A stretch of 56,666 bases of DNA. Source: Anaerolineae bacterium. Its GTDB lineage: Bacteria > Chloroflexota > Anaerolineae > Aggregatilineales > J027. Under the pieces are notes generated by a model, which saw only the letters and a program-made list of their open reading frames with translations, was not told the DNA's origin and did not search any database. Where the stretch lies: assembly GCA_050303635.1 (NCBI GenBank), contig JBNLCD010000001.1:1-56666 (forward strand). The letters are read 5' to 3'. The translations under genes were made by a program, and so were the position numbers. Of this stretch, positions 1 to 10,624 are shown one piece after another; the stretch's first letter is position 1; each line of letters starts with the position of its first letter.

Positions 1-1162
1 GGACGGAGGTATCTAAATCATTCCCGATATTACTGGTCGGGCAGGGTGTATCCGCGATGGTGGCATAGTAGGTATCACCATTGAAACCAGCACTATTCAA
101 TTCTTCGCGCGTTCCGTTATAAAGATTACTTCGAATAGCGGAATTGGTCGCCCCGGCTTCACACATCGTATTGGTCGTATATTGAACACCTTGGCTAAAT
201 ACCTCGTTATAGTCCACGGTGGATTGCATCAATGAATTGGCTGAACTGTTGATTGAACAAATCACGGTGGCGGCTAAATGGTATTTCTCATCATCAGTTG
301 GACTCGTGATTTTATGGCGGAAATAACTAATCAAGATGCCAATCTTGATGGTGCTCAACGCGCTGTGTTGAACATTCGGCAAAATACCCATTTCTTCGCC
401 AGTGTTCAGATTTTGCACATAGACCGACACTGCCATCGTATCCCCATCGTAGAAGATACCTTCGCTATTCAGGTAAGAAACAATGGCTTGGCGTAAGGTG
501 TCCATTGTGGCGGCTTCACCTTGTAATGTCACAGTCGGTAAATCAATAGACCGTAAAGACGAATCGGACGTAAATAATGCTGACGTAATCATCGGGCGCG
601 CCGCATTTTTATCCAGTTGCGTATTCCCAACTCCGCCTGAAAATTCCATTGAAACCAAATCAAAGCTGGCCCCTTGCGCAGAGGCATCATAACGATTAGA
701 GATATCTTGCAAATACTTATCAAGCTCTTCCTCGTTATAGGTGGCCATCAAATCAACTTCAATCGCGGGTTGAGGTTCACGCCACAGATAATTCCAGAAG
801 CCTGCCCAATAATTATCTTCCCGGCCACTTTCAGCCGTCGCGGCGGCTTGCATCCCGTCCATATCGAGTTGGAAACCTACTTCAGCGGGATAGAGCCAAA
901 TGGGATTGCCGTTATAGCGCAAGAAAATAGGTTGTTCCACATATACTTTTTCAAGTTGTTCAAGACGTTGGCTTTCATTTAAACCACCGACTTGAACGCC
1001 ACCCATTTTGACATCAGCCCCCAGAGAATCAGAAGTACTGCTATAGTCGCGTAATTCCAAACCAAATAATAAAGCCGCGACGAGCACCGCTCCGATTGAA
1101 AGCAATTCAATAATGGGTAGACGACGGCGCGCGTTACGTGAACGATAATCAGTTAGCGTCAT
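1..1162 (-). CDS. Membrane-anchored serine hydrolase, class A beta-lactamase / DD-peptidase-like (C-terminus cut by window edge)
   Basis: Absent from the ORF track because it runs off the window. Hand translation of the minus strand from ATG at 1162 (MTLTDYRSRNARRRLPIIELLSIGAVLVAALLF...) stays open to position 2. It has one N-terminal TM helix, then HSALSTIKIGILISY containing an S-x-x-K motif. Its start overlaps the Nudix stop in ATGA (1159-1162). Confidence 0.55.
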   Translation of the reverse strand, partial: MTLTDYRSRNARRRLPIIELLSIGAVLVAALLFGLELRDYSSTSDSLGADVKMGGVQVGGLNESQRLEQLEKVYVEQPIFLRYNGNPIWLYPAEVGFQLDMDGMQAAATAESGREDNYWAGFWNYLWREPQPAIEVDLMATYNEEELDKYLQDISNRYDASAQGASFDLVSMEFSGGVGNTQLDKNAARPMITSALFTSDSSLRSIDLPTVTLQGEAATMDTLRQAIVSYLNSEGIFYDGDTMAVSVYVQNLNTGEEMGILPNVQHSALSTIKIGILISYFRHKITSPTDDEKYHLAATVICSINSSANSLMQSTVDYNEVFSQGVQYTTNTMCEAGATNSAIRSNLYNGTREELNSAGFNGDTYYATIADTPCPTSNIGNDLDTSV

Positions 1163-1665
1163 GAACTGATCTCCTTTTCATCAATTGCATGCGTAAGGTA
1201 GTGATAGCGCAATGCCAAATCAATAATTCGATAGTGGTCGGGTAAAAGGTGCGGCAATTGGTCACGCTTGAACCACTGATAATCTGTTAATTCAGCCGAT
1301 AATTCAAGCTTAGTCGGGAATGGTTCGGTCAGACTAACCACAAATGCCATATCTAAATGATTAAACCAAAATTTATTCGACCAAATTTCGAGTGGCATAC
1401 CCACTTCGACATTTAGATTGAGTTCTTCACAAAATTCGCGTTGAACTGCCACCGATGGCAATTCATTGGCATCAACCCAACCCCCCGGCAATCCCCACGG
1501 ATGCAGAGGGTGAAACACATGCTCTACCAATAAAACTTCATGTTCTTCATTGAGCAGAACACCCACCGCCCCAACCGTGAAACGTGGTTGAAAAATTCGA
1601 TAGAGTGTCTGCATCCACTTTGCCACGAAGGGAAAGCGCTGGATAATCCGTTGGGCTTGCCGCAA
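1159..1665 (-). CDS. Nudix hydrolase
   Basis: The Nudix box is visible: GGWVDANELPSVAVQREFCEELNL (G-x5-E-x7-RE-U-x-EE). Confidence 0.85.
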   Translation of the reverse strand: MRQAQRIIQRFPFVAKWMQTLYRIFQPRFTVGAVGVLLNEEHEVLLVEHVFHPLHPWGLPGGWVDANELPSVAVQREFCEELNLNVEVGMPLEIWSNKFWFNHLDMAFVVSLTEPFPTKLELSAELTDYQWFKRDQLPHLLPDHYRIIDLALRYHYLTHAIDEKEISS

Positions 1666-1912
1666 TATTCGTGGTGATGGCTGGCTTAAATAACGATTAA
1701 TAGACAGTCTCCTTCAAGCAATTTCAATGCTTGAGTCTAGCTAAAATTACCTATCTTAGCCAGATTAAACCACTCTAGCATACTTGTTTTGTAAATACTG
1801 CTACGTTTAGCTTGCGAAACCTATACGCATTACATAAAATAAGGAGGCTGTCTTATTAATCTTGGGTGGATCTATTTTTTAGCATTTATTAAGAAAGTGG
1901 GAGACTTCATCA

Positions 1913-3496
1913 ATGCCCCAACTTATTCCCCGAACCGATCAAGTAGGGTGGATAACCCCAGCCCTAAGTGAAATCATTGAAGCGTCTCCCGTCCGTTTGC
2001 ATACCGAACAAGAAAAATCTGAACAGATTGCGATGTTCCGGGCTCAACTTGCCCAACTGGGTATTGTGGCGCAGGTGATGGATATCAAATTTAATGATTC
2101 GCATCTTCGCTATCATTTGCGTCCCGCCGGCGAGAGTCTAGCGTCTAATAGCTACGAACAATTTATTGCAGATTTACGGCAAGCTGTGCCAGAAATCAAG
2201 CGCTTAATGGGGGCCGTTGCCGTTGAAGTGCTTGTCTCGCCGCAAAAACCCTTAATTGTTCAGATACTGGTACGGCTCGCAACCTATAAAAACTTAGAAA
2301 TTCGCACTATTTATCGTGAACACGAATTTATCGAAAATGAAAGCACCACCGCCTTGCCCCTTGGCTATAATCTCGATCAAGAATTGGTCATGGTGCAATT
2401 AGAAAATTTGCGGCATCTCTTAATTGTCGGTTCAGCGACCAATCGTTATCAGCTTTTAGCCAATTTATTAGGGACGTTAATTATGTTTAACACCCCTCTT
2501 GAATTGCGCTATGCCTTGATTGGCCAAGATGTTGAACCGTTTAGCCAACTTTCCCAAACACCGCATGTACTGGGTGGCACCTTAACCACCATTCGTGAGT
2601 TACGCCGCCTGCTCGATGGCTTGGCAAAACATCTGGGTCAACGCAAACAACAATTTGGCAAGCTGGGCACCACTTCACTTGATGAATATAACAGCCGTCT
2701 AGGTGCAGAAAACCAAAAACCATTCCCCCGTCTGCTCATTGTCATCGATACGATCCCCTTTGAAGAAGACTGGGTTAAACAACGTGAAGGGTGGTTTAGC
2801 ACGCTCTATCGGTTGGTTAAAGAAGGGCCGGCGGTTGGCATTTATGTCATCTTGACTACCAGCAGTGTGGCCAAACATCATTTACCGCCCCAACTGATGA
2901 ATTTATTTAAGTCACAAATTGGCTTAAAATCAGCGCTGAATCAGATGACATGGCGTGAAAGTTTACCCTCTATGCCCTTACCCTTTATTGATGTTGTTTA
3001 TCAAGGTTCAACGGGTAAGCCTACCCCAATTGAACTCCCCGAAATTGATGACAATCATTTAACCACCTTGGTTAGATATTGGCGGCAAATGACAGCCAAA
3101 CGTTCCATGGTCGCCTTAGCCCAAGGACGTGAAAAATCAACTGGCGATACAGGTTTGTTAACTTTACGCCAAGATGCTCGTTTAAAGACAGCCCGCGCTA
3201 AACAGCAACAAAATCAACAAACCAGACAAGAATTGTCCGGCGCTTCACTTTCCACACCGATTTTGCAACCCAAACCAGCAAGTTTGCCTCCCCAAACGGC
3301 GATTCTGGAGAAAAGTCATCGTCAAGCTGGGGCCTTAGCCGCTTATTTAGGCTGGCTGAGCATTGGCCCCTTGGTTGATGTTTTAGACTTGTCGCTGGAA
3401 GAAGCCCGTTCAACGATTGATGCCTTGCAAGATAGCGGCGTTTTGGAACGGGGTTCAGGACCAATTTGGCGCTTCCTAAGACTGGACAACAACTAA
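1913..3496 (+). CDS. FtsK/SpoIIIE-like protein with degenerate Walker A and B motifs and a winged-helix-like C-terminal tail
   Basis: Collinear with the FtsK motor core (LPLGYNLDQELVMVQLENLRHLLIVG, RLLIVIDTIPFE, GIYVILTTSS). The P-loop position reads GSATNRYQ instead of G-x-T-G-S-G-K-S, and Walker B reads IDT instead of DE. Confidence 0.6.
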   Translation: MPQLIPRTDQVGWITPALSEIIEASPVRLHTEQEKSEQIAMFRAQLAQLGIVAQVMDIKFNDSHLRYHLRPAGESLASNSYEQFIADLRQAVPEIKRLMGAVAVEVLVSPQKPLIVQILVRLATYKNLEIRTIYREHEFIENESTTALPLGYNLDQELVMVQLENLRHLLIVGSATNRYQLLANLLGTLIMFNTPLELRYALIGQDVEPFSQLSQTPHVLGGTLTTIRELRRLLDGLAKHLGQRKQQFGKLGTTSLDEYNSRLGAENQKPFPRLLIVIDTIPFEEDWVKQREGWFSTLYRLVKEGPAVGIYVILTTSSVAKHHLPPQLMNLFKSQIGLKSALNQMTWRESLPSMPLPFIDVVYQGSTGKPTPIELPEIDDNHLTTLVRYWRQMTAKRSMVALAQGREKSTGDTGLLTLRQDARLKTARAKQQQNQQTRQELSGASLSTPILQPKPASLPPQTAILEKSHRQAGALAAYLGWLSIGPLVDVLDLSLEEARSTIDALQDSGVLERGSGPIWRFLRLDNN

Positions 3497-3502
3497 GCTA
3501 CC

Positions 3503-4174
3503 ATGCTCGTCAAAAATATATGGCTCAATACGTTTCTTTGGGCATGGGGCGCATTTAATCTGTTCCTAACAGTCATCTCTTTGTTAGATGGTGAACCATC
3601 TCTGCTACTCATGACCATTATTTGGATTGGGGGCGTTGGTGGTTTTTGTTATACCCAGTGCGCGCGTTTAACCAAACTTCTGCCAGCTTTAAAACCACGT
3701 TGGCGATTTCTTTTACTGGCGATGGTGATGGCCATTGCTGAGGAAGTTATTGTCACGTTGCTTGGCGGTGGTTTAGGCGGTCATACCGATAGTTTAGTGG
3801 TTGATTTAGCCAATACGGTGCCTCTTTTCTTCTTTTGGAGCATCGGTTGGTGGATGTTGATTAACCGATTTTCGTTCACTATGCGTGAAGCCCTATGGTT
3901 AGGAGCTCTGCATGGGTGGATTTTTGAGATGCTTTACTCCGGTATTGCGTTTTATAATCCATTTGGTGCAATATTGTTCTTCCCAATGTTCGCCGCTGTT
4001 TATGCCATCATCCTCTATTTGCCGCTCCTAACCGTCCAGCGGATCTTACGGCAAGGTCAATCTACCCCGCTCCGTTTAGGTCTGGCTCTGGCCTTACCGT
4101 TTCTGATTATTCCGCCAATTATCTTGGTGTTAGTCCTTGGTGAAGCAATTTTCCCAAGCCTCTATCCATTTTAA
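3503..4174 (+). CDS. Polytopic membrane protein, unknown function
   Basis: 223 aa with about 6 hydrophobic helices. Starts 6 nt after the FtsK-like gene, so it is probably co-transcribed. Confidence 0.6.
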   Translation: MLVKNIWLNTFLWAWGAFNLFLTVISLLDGEPSLLLMTIIWIGGVGGFCYTQCARLTKLLPALKPRWRFLLLAMVMAIAEEVIVTLLGGGLGGHTDSLVVDLANTVPLFFFWSIGWWMLINRFSFTMREALWLGALHGWIFEMLYSGIAFYNPFGAILFFPMFAAVYAIILYLPLLTVQRILRQGQSTPLRLGLALALPFLIIPPIILVLVLGEAIFPSLYPF

Positions 4175-4192
4175 TTCATCTTAACCAACCGT

Positions 4193-5983
4193 TTATTCTC
4201 CACTCGCGATGAGCTCAGTAACTTCGATTTCTTCATAAACAAAAGCTTGCCCAGTAGGTGCAACAAGACCAATTTGTCCACCCGGAAGGGGAAACTCATC
4301 ATCAGCGGTTAAAATAATCGTCGCTTGATTAGCTTGTCGCCAATTGACTCTCAGACTGCTTTCATAAATGTCAAAACTCAAATCTACCGTTTGATTCGGT
4401 TGCCAAGCTGAAATCTCAACATCGGCTAGAATAGCGCACGTACTCACTTCTTTACAATCTGCTTGCCGCACCAGATAGAGCTTCGGTGTATTATCGCGTA
4501 TCGCATAGGCCAGCACATACGCTATATTCTCAGATGCATCTAATTGCATGTCGATGAGTGGATAAAATTGCTCAGCCATAAATGTGCTGGTGGGATGCAA
4601 GCGAGCATTCATTTGATAATTTTCTTGATCGCCAATATCCAAATACACAACATCTTCAGTTGCCAAGCCGGATGTCCGATAGATTACAGTATCGTCTGTT
4701 GCAACCCGTTCCCAAAAACGCAATCCTTCGACAAATTCCTGTTCCGCGATAGTGCCTTCATCGGCTGACCAAATCGTCGCGCCGACAGTATAAACTGGCT
4801 CCGCAATTTCGATTGAATCATTCGGCTTATCAGAGGGTAATTCTGTTCCCGCAAAAAGTTGAATCAGCAAGTAAATTCCACCACCGACCAATAAAGCAAC
4901 AGCAATAATGCCGATCGCCCACGTCAATAATGGCGTGCGCGCGGGGGTTTCAAGTTGGATCGCTGGCATGGGATGTGAAATCGGCGGCGGGCTGGGGGTC
5001 GGTGTGTAATTTGGCGTTGTTTTATTAATTATTGGAGCAGGTGCCGGGCGAGCATAAGTGTTTCCCGCCATTGTCTGACCCGCATGTGTTATGGATGCCG
5101 AAGGCTGGGTATCACTAAAGCGGACCGCCTCATTTTCAATTGTTTCGTTATCTTCGAGGGCTTCCCCAAAGGCTTTGGCAAATTCAAGGCAACTCGCATA
5201 ACGCTCAGCAGGTTTACGAGCCAGACCTTTTAAGAGAACTTTTTCAGCGGCATGTGTTAAATCTGAACGGTCTTCACGCACGGAAGGCATCGGCGCTGTT
5301 AAATGTTGTTGAATAATAGCTAGCGGCGTATCTGCCATAAAAGGCACATCTCCGGTCAGCATCTCAAAAAGGACAATACCGAGAGCGTACTGGTCAGAGG
5401 CTGGCGTTAAATCGCGATGACCTTGGCACTGTTCGGGACTCATATACTTGGGTGTACCCACAATCCCACCCGTCGCTGTAAGGTCAGGGTGATCGCCTTC
5501 CAACATTTTAGCGACCCCAAAATCGGTCAAGATGGCATTATTGCGATTATCAATCAAAATATTGGTGGGTTTAACATCCCGATGAATCACCCCGCGTTCA
5601 TGCGCGTAATCTAGTGCGCCTGCAATTTGGGTGAGGATACGATGGGCGTCATCCAGCGGCAACTGACCACGTTTACGAATATATTTAGTCAGCGTGCCCC
5701 CATCGAGATACCGCATCACAATATAGGTGATGTCATCTTCTTCGCCATAGGCAAAAATCGGCAAAATATGGAGATGTTCAAGTTGCGCGATGGATTTCGC
5801 TTCACGCTCAAAACGAATCTTAAATTCAGGATATTGAGCGTAATATTCTGGCAAAATTTTAATGGCGACATGCCGCTCAGTTTGAGGATCAAAGGCTTTA
5901 TAAACCGTTGCCATGCCACCCATACCCAATGGCTGAACGATTTTATAGCCGCCGAGCGTCCGCCCTAAAATCTTATCTTTCAA
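4193..5983 (-). CDS. Hanks-type Ser/Thr protein kinase with TM helix and extracytoplasmic C-terminal domain
   Basis: Kinase motifs are GMGGMATVY, VAIKIL, HRDVKPTNILI, DFGVAK and GTPKYMSPE. A Pro-rich linker follows, then a TM helix (LLTWAIGIIAVALLVGGGIYLLI) and a roughly 220-aa beta-rich ectodomain. Confidence 0.9.
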   Translation of the reverse strand: MKDKILGRTLGGYKIVQPLGMGGMATVYKAFDPQTERHVAIKILPEYYAQYPEFKIRFEREAKSIAQLEHLHILPIFAYGEEDDITYIVMRYLDGGTLTKYIRKRGQLPLDDAHRILTQIAGALDYAHERGVIHRDVKPTNILIDNRNNAILTDFGVAKMLEGDHPDLTATGGIVGTPKYMSPEQCQGHRDLTPASDQYALGIVLFEMLTGDVPFMADTPLAIIQQHLTAPMPSVREDRSDLTHAAEKVLLKGLARKPAERYASCLEFAKAFGEALEDNETIENEAVRFSDTQPSASITHAGQTMAGNTYARPAPAPIINKTTPNYTPTPSPPPISHPMPAIQLETPARTPLLTWAIGIIAVALLVGGGIYLLIQLFAGTELPSDKPNDSIEIAEPVYTVGATIWSADEGTIAEQEFVEGLRFWERVATDDTVIYRTSGLATEDVVYLDIGDQENYQMNARLHPTSTFMAEQFYPLIDMQLDASENIAYVLAYAIRDNTPKLYLVRQADCKEVSTCAILADVEISAWQPNQTVDLSFDIYESSLRVNWRQANQATIILTADDEFPLPGGQIGLVAPTGQAFVYEEIEVTELIASGE

Positions 5984-6059
5984 AATAGCTCCCTAGTTTT
6001 GCGCACCTTCCACATCTCTTCTATTGTACCCAAAATTTGAATCTCGGCATGTCCCACAG

Positions 6060-9000
6060 CTAGGCATTATCTCCGTTATAAATATTGAAATTATGAATGG
6101 TGCCATGGTTTTCAATCGTGATATGAACATGAATCAATGGCCGGGGTTTTGTTTCATCAACTAGTTCATCTGATAAGGAAGCATCTTCGTTTTCTTTGAC
6201 AACCATTGTTTTGACGATAGGCGGTTCATCGGCTTCGATATGAATCACAACCGGAGTTTCATCATCGGCTTGCACTGAAAAGGTCTCTTTTTGAGGTCGC
6301 ACAGGTTCATCCGCAATTTCACCCACCACCACTTCGATCTCGTCGGGCTCAGGTTCGGCGTGTTCAATAATTTCATCTTCGACCATTGGCGGTTGCTGGC
6401 TGATTTCGGGGTCCGTGACATCATCCAAAACTTCTGGCTCGATACCTTTGAATTTATGATAGGCTTCAACGACCTTGCGGTTGTAATAAACATTTTCAAA
6501 GAATTGGCGGCGCTGTTCGTCATTTTCGAGACGTTCCGCAATAAATTGCAGACTTTCATAGCCTTCTTCTAAGCAGAGATAGGCGCGTCGATCTCCGTTG
6601 GCTTCCCAAACGCGATAAAGCTCATAATAGAAATTCATGCCAACATTATGATTTGCCCGAACCTCGCTCCAATATTTGCCATGCAAAGTGCTCCAAATTC
6701 TCTCAGCGCGGATGAGCGCTTCATTATGCTTATCTTCATGCATCAAGAAACCTAATAAGTAAGACTGAATTACAGCACTGACATCTTCACCAAAACTGTT
6801 TTCACTTGCATCAATATTGGGCTCAAGTTCAATCACTTTGTCATAGTGGGTTCTTGCTACAGGATAATTCTCAAAGATCTGAGAATATAGTACCGCTTCG
6901 CCTGACGTCATATATTGAAGCGTTGGCGATTGTGATTCTTCAGCCTTAGCCAGCATTTGCTCCACATAGTATTGAGTTTTATCATAGTCCCCAAGTTCAA
7001 AATGAAACGCGGCTAGATAACTGAATTCTCCAATATTCAAAACGTTACTCTGCTGGGCTTTCTTCAACCCTTCGTCGTAATATTCACGTGCTTTTGTCAA
7101 TTCACCTAACTGTCTAAAGAAATTTCCCAAATTAAATAATGTATGAACTTCGCTCGGTTGATAAGAAATTTCCCGATACAAATTCAACGCCCGCAGGTAA
7201 TATTGCAGTGCTTCAGCGTGATGATGCGCATCAAAAGCAAACTTGGCTAATCTACTCAATCCCCTTGCTTCTAGCATGCGATCCCCTATTTCTTCAGCAA
7301 TGCTAAGTGCATGTTGGGTTAATTGACGGGATTCTTCATGTGAATCCATGAAATCTGCAATGGAATATAAAGTGACAGCTTCTTTGCGCCGATTACCCGT
7401 TTCTCTAAATATATCTAACGCTTCTTGTCGATATTGCATATACAGTGATTGGTCTAAGTTTTCGCCTAACATAAAATGACTGAGCCGAATGAGGGCTTCA
7501 GCTTCTGTATCGCGATCACCAATAGCGCGAGCTAGATTAAGCGCTTGGTCAATATGGTATCTTTGCGCATTTTTATCCATGTCAGAAAAAGTGGCATAAA
7601 CTTCTGCCAGTTGAGCATGCGCTAACGCTTCAATATCGATGGCTTGGGCAGACTGAGCCAATTTAATGGCATGTTCCGCATGTTCAATGGCTTCATTTCG
7701 CTGCGAACGCATATACGCCAATTGAGCCTGTTTTAGAGAAGTTTCAGCTTTTTGGCGGGGAATTTGGCTTTGTTCAGCCAGAGCGGCCAATTCTGTTAGA
7801 TCGGCTTCAGCCAAGTTCCATTTCTGAATATCAAAATAGGCACCACTGCGTTTCAATAACGCATCATAGCGCTTGGCATTGTCTAACGCAGGCGTAATCT
7901 CTAAACATCGCGAGAAATAATCGGCGGCAATTTCTTGTTGATAATTAGCAAGTGATTGTTCGCCAATTTTCCACAAATAAGCAAAAGCTTTATCAGCTAC
8001 TTCGGGAATACCCTGTAAATATGCGGCTTCATAATGATACGCAATATCCCGATAATAATTGGCTAATTGACTGGCATGAACAGTTTCCAGAGTTTCTGCC
8101 GCTACTTGATGCAAAACCCGCCGCCGTGCCCGTAGTTGCATCGAATAAGCCGCATCGCGTAACAAGGCATGCTTAAACAAATAGCGGACTTGGCTCAGTG
8201 CTGACCAAACGGTTTCTTGTTCCGCTTCTAGGACCTTTTCCGTGAGCTGTGGTTCGTCTTTGAGCATCGACGCTAAAATGTCGACTTCAAATTCGCGACC
8301 TAAGATTGAAGCGGCTTGCACCACACCTTTCACTTCCTGCGTGAGTTGATCGAGCCGTGCCACAAAAATGGCGCGCAAATCGCCCGGTAAACTGCCGCGT
8401 TGGGTGGTGTTGGTCAGGAACCAAACCCCATTGCGCAACTCAATTTCATTTTGTTGCTGTAGATACAGCAAAATTTGTTCCGCAAAAAACGGATTACCTT
8501 CTGAGCGCTCCATCACCAGATTTAAAATGTCGCGGCTAATTGAATTCCCCAGAATAGAGGCGGCCAGTGCTTCCACTGATTCTTCAGAAAGTTGCTCAAG
8601 ATTAATTAAGGTGAACGGAATATCGGGGAATTCAAAATTGGCTTCAAGCTCTGCCAGTCGTACCGTGCCGACCATTGCAATTGGAAATCCATCCATATTA
8701 CGGAATAAACGCTCAGCAAATGTCCGTGTTTCGGGATCTATCCAGTGTAAGTCTTCAGTAATAATAATGGTTGGCTGAACCAGACTCATGCCTTGCATCA
8801 TGCTTTTCAGCGCTGTAAACAGCATTTCTTGACGGGCTTCAGGGTCAGCCGTGGCATAGAGTGAATTTTCCCAATATAAATCAAGGAGTGAGCCAATAAA
8901 TGAGCGTAAGCGGTTGAGCTCCCGACCATATTCAGGTGGCACCAGCGCAATAATTTCATCCATCCGTCGACTGAAAGCACGTTTATTATGCATTTCAGAA

Positions 9001-10559
9001 GCGGTAGGAACTTGTCCAAATTCGTTCATCAAGGCATAACGGAAGGGACTCAGGGGTTCTTGAATAAGTTGATTGGTATAACCAAAAAGCCATTTTACGG
9101 CTTGCCCCTTTTCCGCCAACTCAGTCTCTAATTTTTGACGAAATTCGTAAACCAAACGACTCTTGCCTAAACCGGCTTCACCCGCAACAACACATACACC
9201 TGCAAATTGGGATTCACCGCCATCGAGCATTTGAAGTATCGGATCAATGGTGTCCCGAATTTGTTGCAATTCAGTATCCCGCCCTACCATTTTGCCTTGA
9301 AAAAATTCTTCGAGCGCTTGTTGTTTGGTATCAATCAAATTATAAACGGGTTGGGGTTCAGTGAAGCCTTTAAAGGGATACTCACCAACTTTTTGCAATT
9401 CAAAATAGCGTTGAGCCCGTTCTTGCAAAGCTTCGTTCATCCACACTTCTCCCCATGGCGCTTTGACCATGAGCCGTGCGGCCAAGGCAATACCGCCGCC
9501 ATAAGTTGTGAATTCACTGCGGAAAGATGATCCGGCGAAACAGGCAAATACAGTTTGATAAGTTACGCCTGCTTTAAATGTGCTGGGGGTAATATTGGGT
9601 AAATCAAGCAAGAAGTTTAAAGCGCGGCTAATATCGTTTTCGTGGCTGGTTGGCATCCCCCAGAACAATAATAAATTACAACCTTTATCCCCAAAATCAA
9701 CGCGCCCCAGATAACCCCCATATTGTTCTTGCAAAGAAAATACCGAACGCACAAAATCAGCCAACTGACGTGCAGTATCAATCCCCATTAAATTGACAAA
9801 AACCGATACCACTTGCCGAAATTCACCACGCGTTTTGCGTTCTAAAATAGCCGATGGTATAAAGTGTTCTTGCGCTATATCTGGAAAATTGGGTAATTCA
9901 GATGGTTCAGGTAAAGATTCCGATACCGCAATCACCCGGCGATGACCATCTTCGCCAGCCGCAATTGTTTGAATGCTTTCACCTAAGATCTCATTGGCCA
10001 TGGCGGTCACAATTAAATTCCCGCTTTCGGCATAATGTTCAGCGCGGGCCGCTTCATCAACTGCGCCACCATTAAAATAGTAAGCGGATTTAATGGTGGT
10101 ATTCTCATCCGGTGTCAAAATACCCCAGCCCACTTGACCGCAAGCAATGCCTAATTTTACGCTAAACGGGAAATTGCCATATGGCGTTTCTTGCGTGGGA
10201 CTTTCACGTAAATAATTTTGAATAGTGAGAGCCGCCGCTAATGCTTGTAAATAGGTGTTTTTGGTCTGTAAATTGTCAGTGGGGAAAAGCGCGGTGAAAG
10301 CATCGCCCGCAAAAGTTGTGATAAAGCCACCATAAACATAAATCGCGGACACCAAGGGTTCAAATAAGGTGTCCATAATATCTGACATTGCTTCGGCGGC
10401 CTCATTACCATGTTGCATAAGGGTGGTGGTAACGGTGCTAAAACCGGAAACATCGACAAATAGTGAGACAGCCTCAAACTGGCCGCTATATTCACCTTCA
10501 GCATATTTGTTGAGAATAAAGCGTGGAACAAGATATTGCATGGCGCTTGACCTATTCAA
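6060..10559 (-). CDS. Multidomain signalling protein: two class III adenylate/guanylate cyclase domains + STAND/AAA ATPase + TPR array + acidic C-terminal tail
   Basis: 1499 aa. Cyclase-type segments are FVDVSGFSTVT...GGFITTFAGDAFTALF and VSVFVNLMGID. Walker A is AGEAGLGKS. A long TPR-like helical repeat region follows, then a D/E/P-rich tail. Confidence 0.85.
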   Translation of the reverse strand: MNRSSAMQYLVPRFILNKYAEGEYSGQFEAVSLFVDVSGFSTVTTTLMQHGNEAAEAMSDIMDTLFEPLVSAIYVYGGFITTFAGDAFTALFPTDNLQTKNTYLQALAAALTIQNYLRESPTQETPYGNFPFSVKLGIACGQVGWGILTPDENTTIKSAYYFNGGAVDEAARAEHYAESGNLIVTAMANEILGESIQTIAAGEDGHRRVIAVSESLPEPSELPNFPDIAQEHFIPSAILERKTRGEFRQVVSVFVNLMGIDTARQLADFVRSVFSLQEQYGGYLGRVDFGDKGCNLLLFWGMPTSHENDISRALNFLLDLPNITPSTFKAGVTYQTVFACFAGSSFRSEFTTYGGGIALAARLMVKAPWGEVWMNEALQERAQRYFELQKVGEYPFKGFTEPQPVYNLIDTKQQALEEFFQGKMVGRDTELQQIRDTIDPILQMLDGGESQFAGVCVVAGEAGLGKSRLVYEFRQKLETELAEKGQAVKWLFGYTNQLIQEPLSPFRYALMNEFGQVPTASEMHNKRAFSRRMDEIIALVPPEYGRELNRLRSFIGSLLDLYWENSLYATADPEARQEMLFTALKSMMQGMSLVQPTIIITEDLHWIDPETRTFAERLFRNMDGFPIAMVGTVRLAELEANFEFPDIPFTLINLEQLSEESVEALAASILGNSISRDILNLVMERSEGNPFFAEQILLYLQQQNEIELRNGVWFLTNTTQRGSLPGDLRAIFVARLDQLTQEVKGVVQAASILGREFEVDILASMLKDEPQLTEKVLEAEQETVWSALSQVRYLFKHALLRDAAYSMQLRARRRVLHQVAAETLETVHASQLANYYRDIAYHYEAAYLQGIPEVADKAFAYLWKIGEQSLANYQQEIAADYFSRCLEITPALDNAKRYDALLKRSGAYFDIQKWNLAEADLTELAALAEQSQIPRQKAETSLKQAQLAYMRSQRNEAIEHAEHAIKLAQSAQAIDIEALAHAQLAEVYATFSDMDKNAQRYHIDQALNLARAIGDRDTEAEALIRLSHFMLGENLDQSLYMQYRQEALDIFRETGNRRKEAVTLYSIADFMDSHEESRQLTQHALSIAEEIGDRMLEARGLSRLAKFAFDAHHHAEALQYYLRALNLYREISYQPSEVHTLFNLGNFFRQLGELTKAREYYDEGLKKAQQSNVLNIGEFSYLAAFHFELGDYDKTQYYVEQMLAKAEESQSPTLQYMTSGEAVLYSQIFENYPVARTHYDKVIELEPNIDASENSFGEDVSAVIQSYLLGFLMHEDKHNEALIRAERIWSTLHGKYWSEVRANHNVGMNFYYELYRVWEANGDRRAYLCLEEGYESLQFIAERLENDEQRRQFFENVYYNRKVVEAYHKFKGIEPEVLDDVTDPEISQQPPMVEDEIIEHAEPEPDEIEVVVGEIADEPVRPQKETFSVQADDETPVVIHIEADEPPIVKTMVVKENEDASLSDELVDETKPRPLIHVHITIENHGTIHNFNIYNGDNA

Positions 10560-10624
10560 ATGATTGAGTATGCGTATTCATACCAATCTTAGCGCTCTTC
10601 AGTCATCTCGCCAATTTTTGTGTT

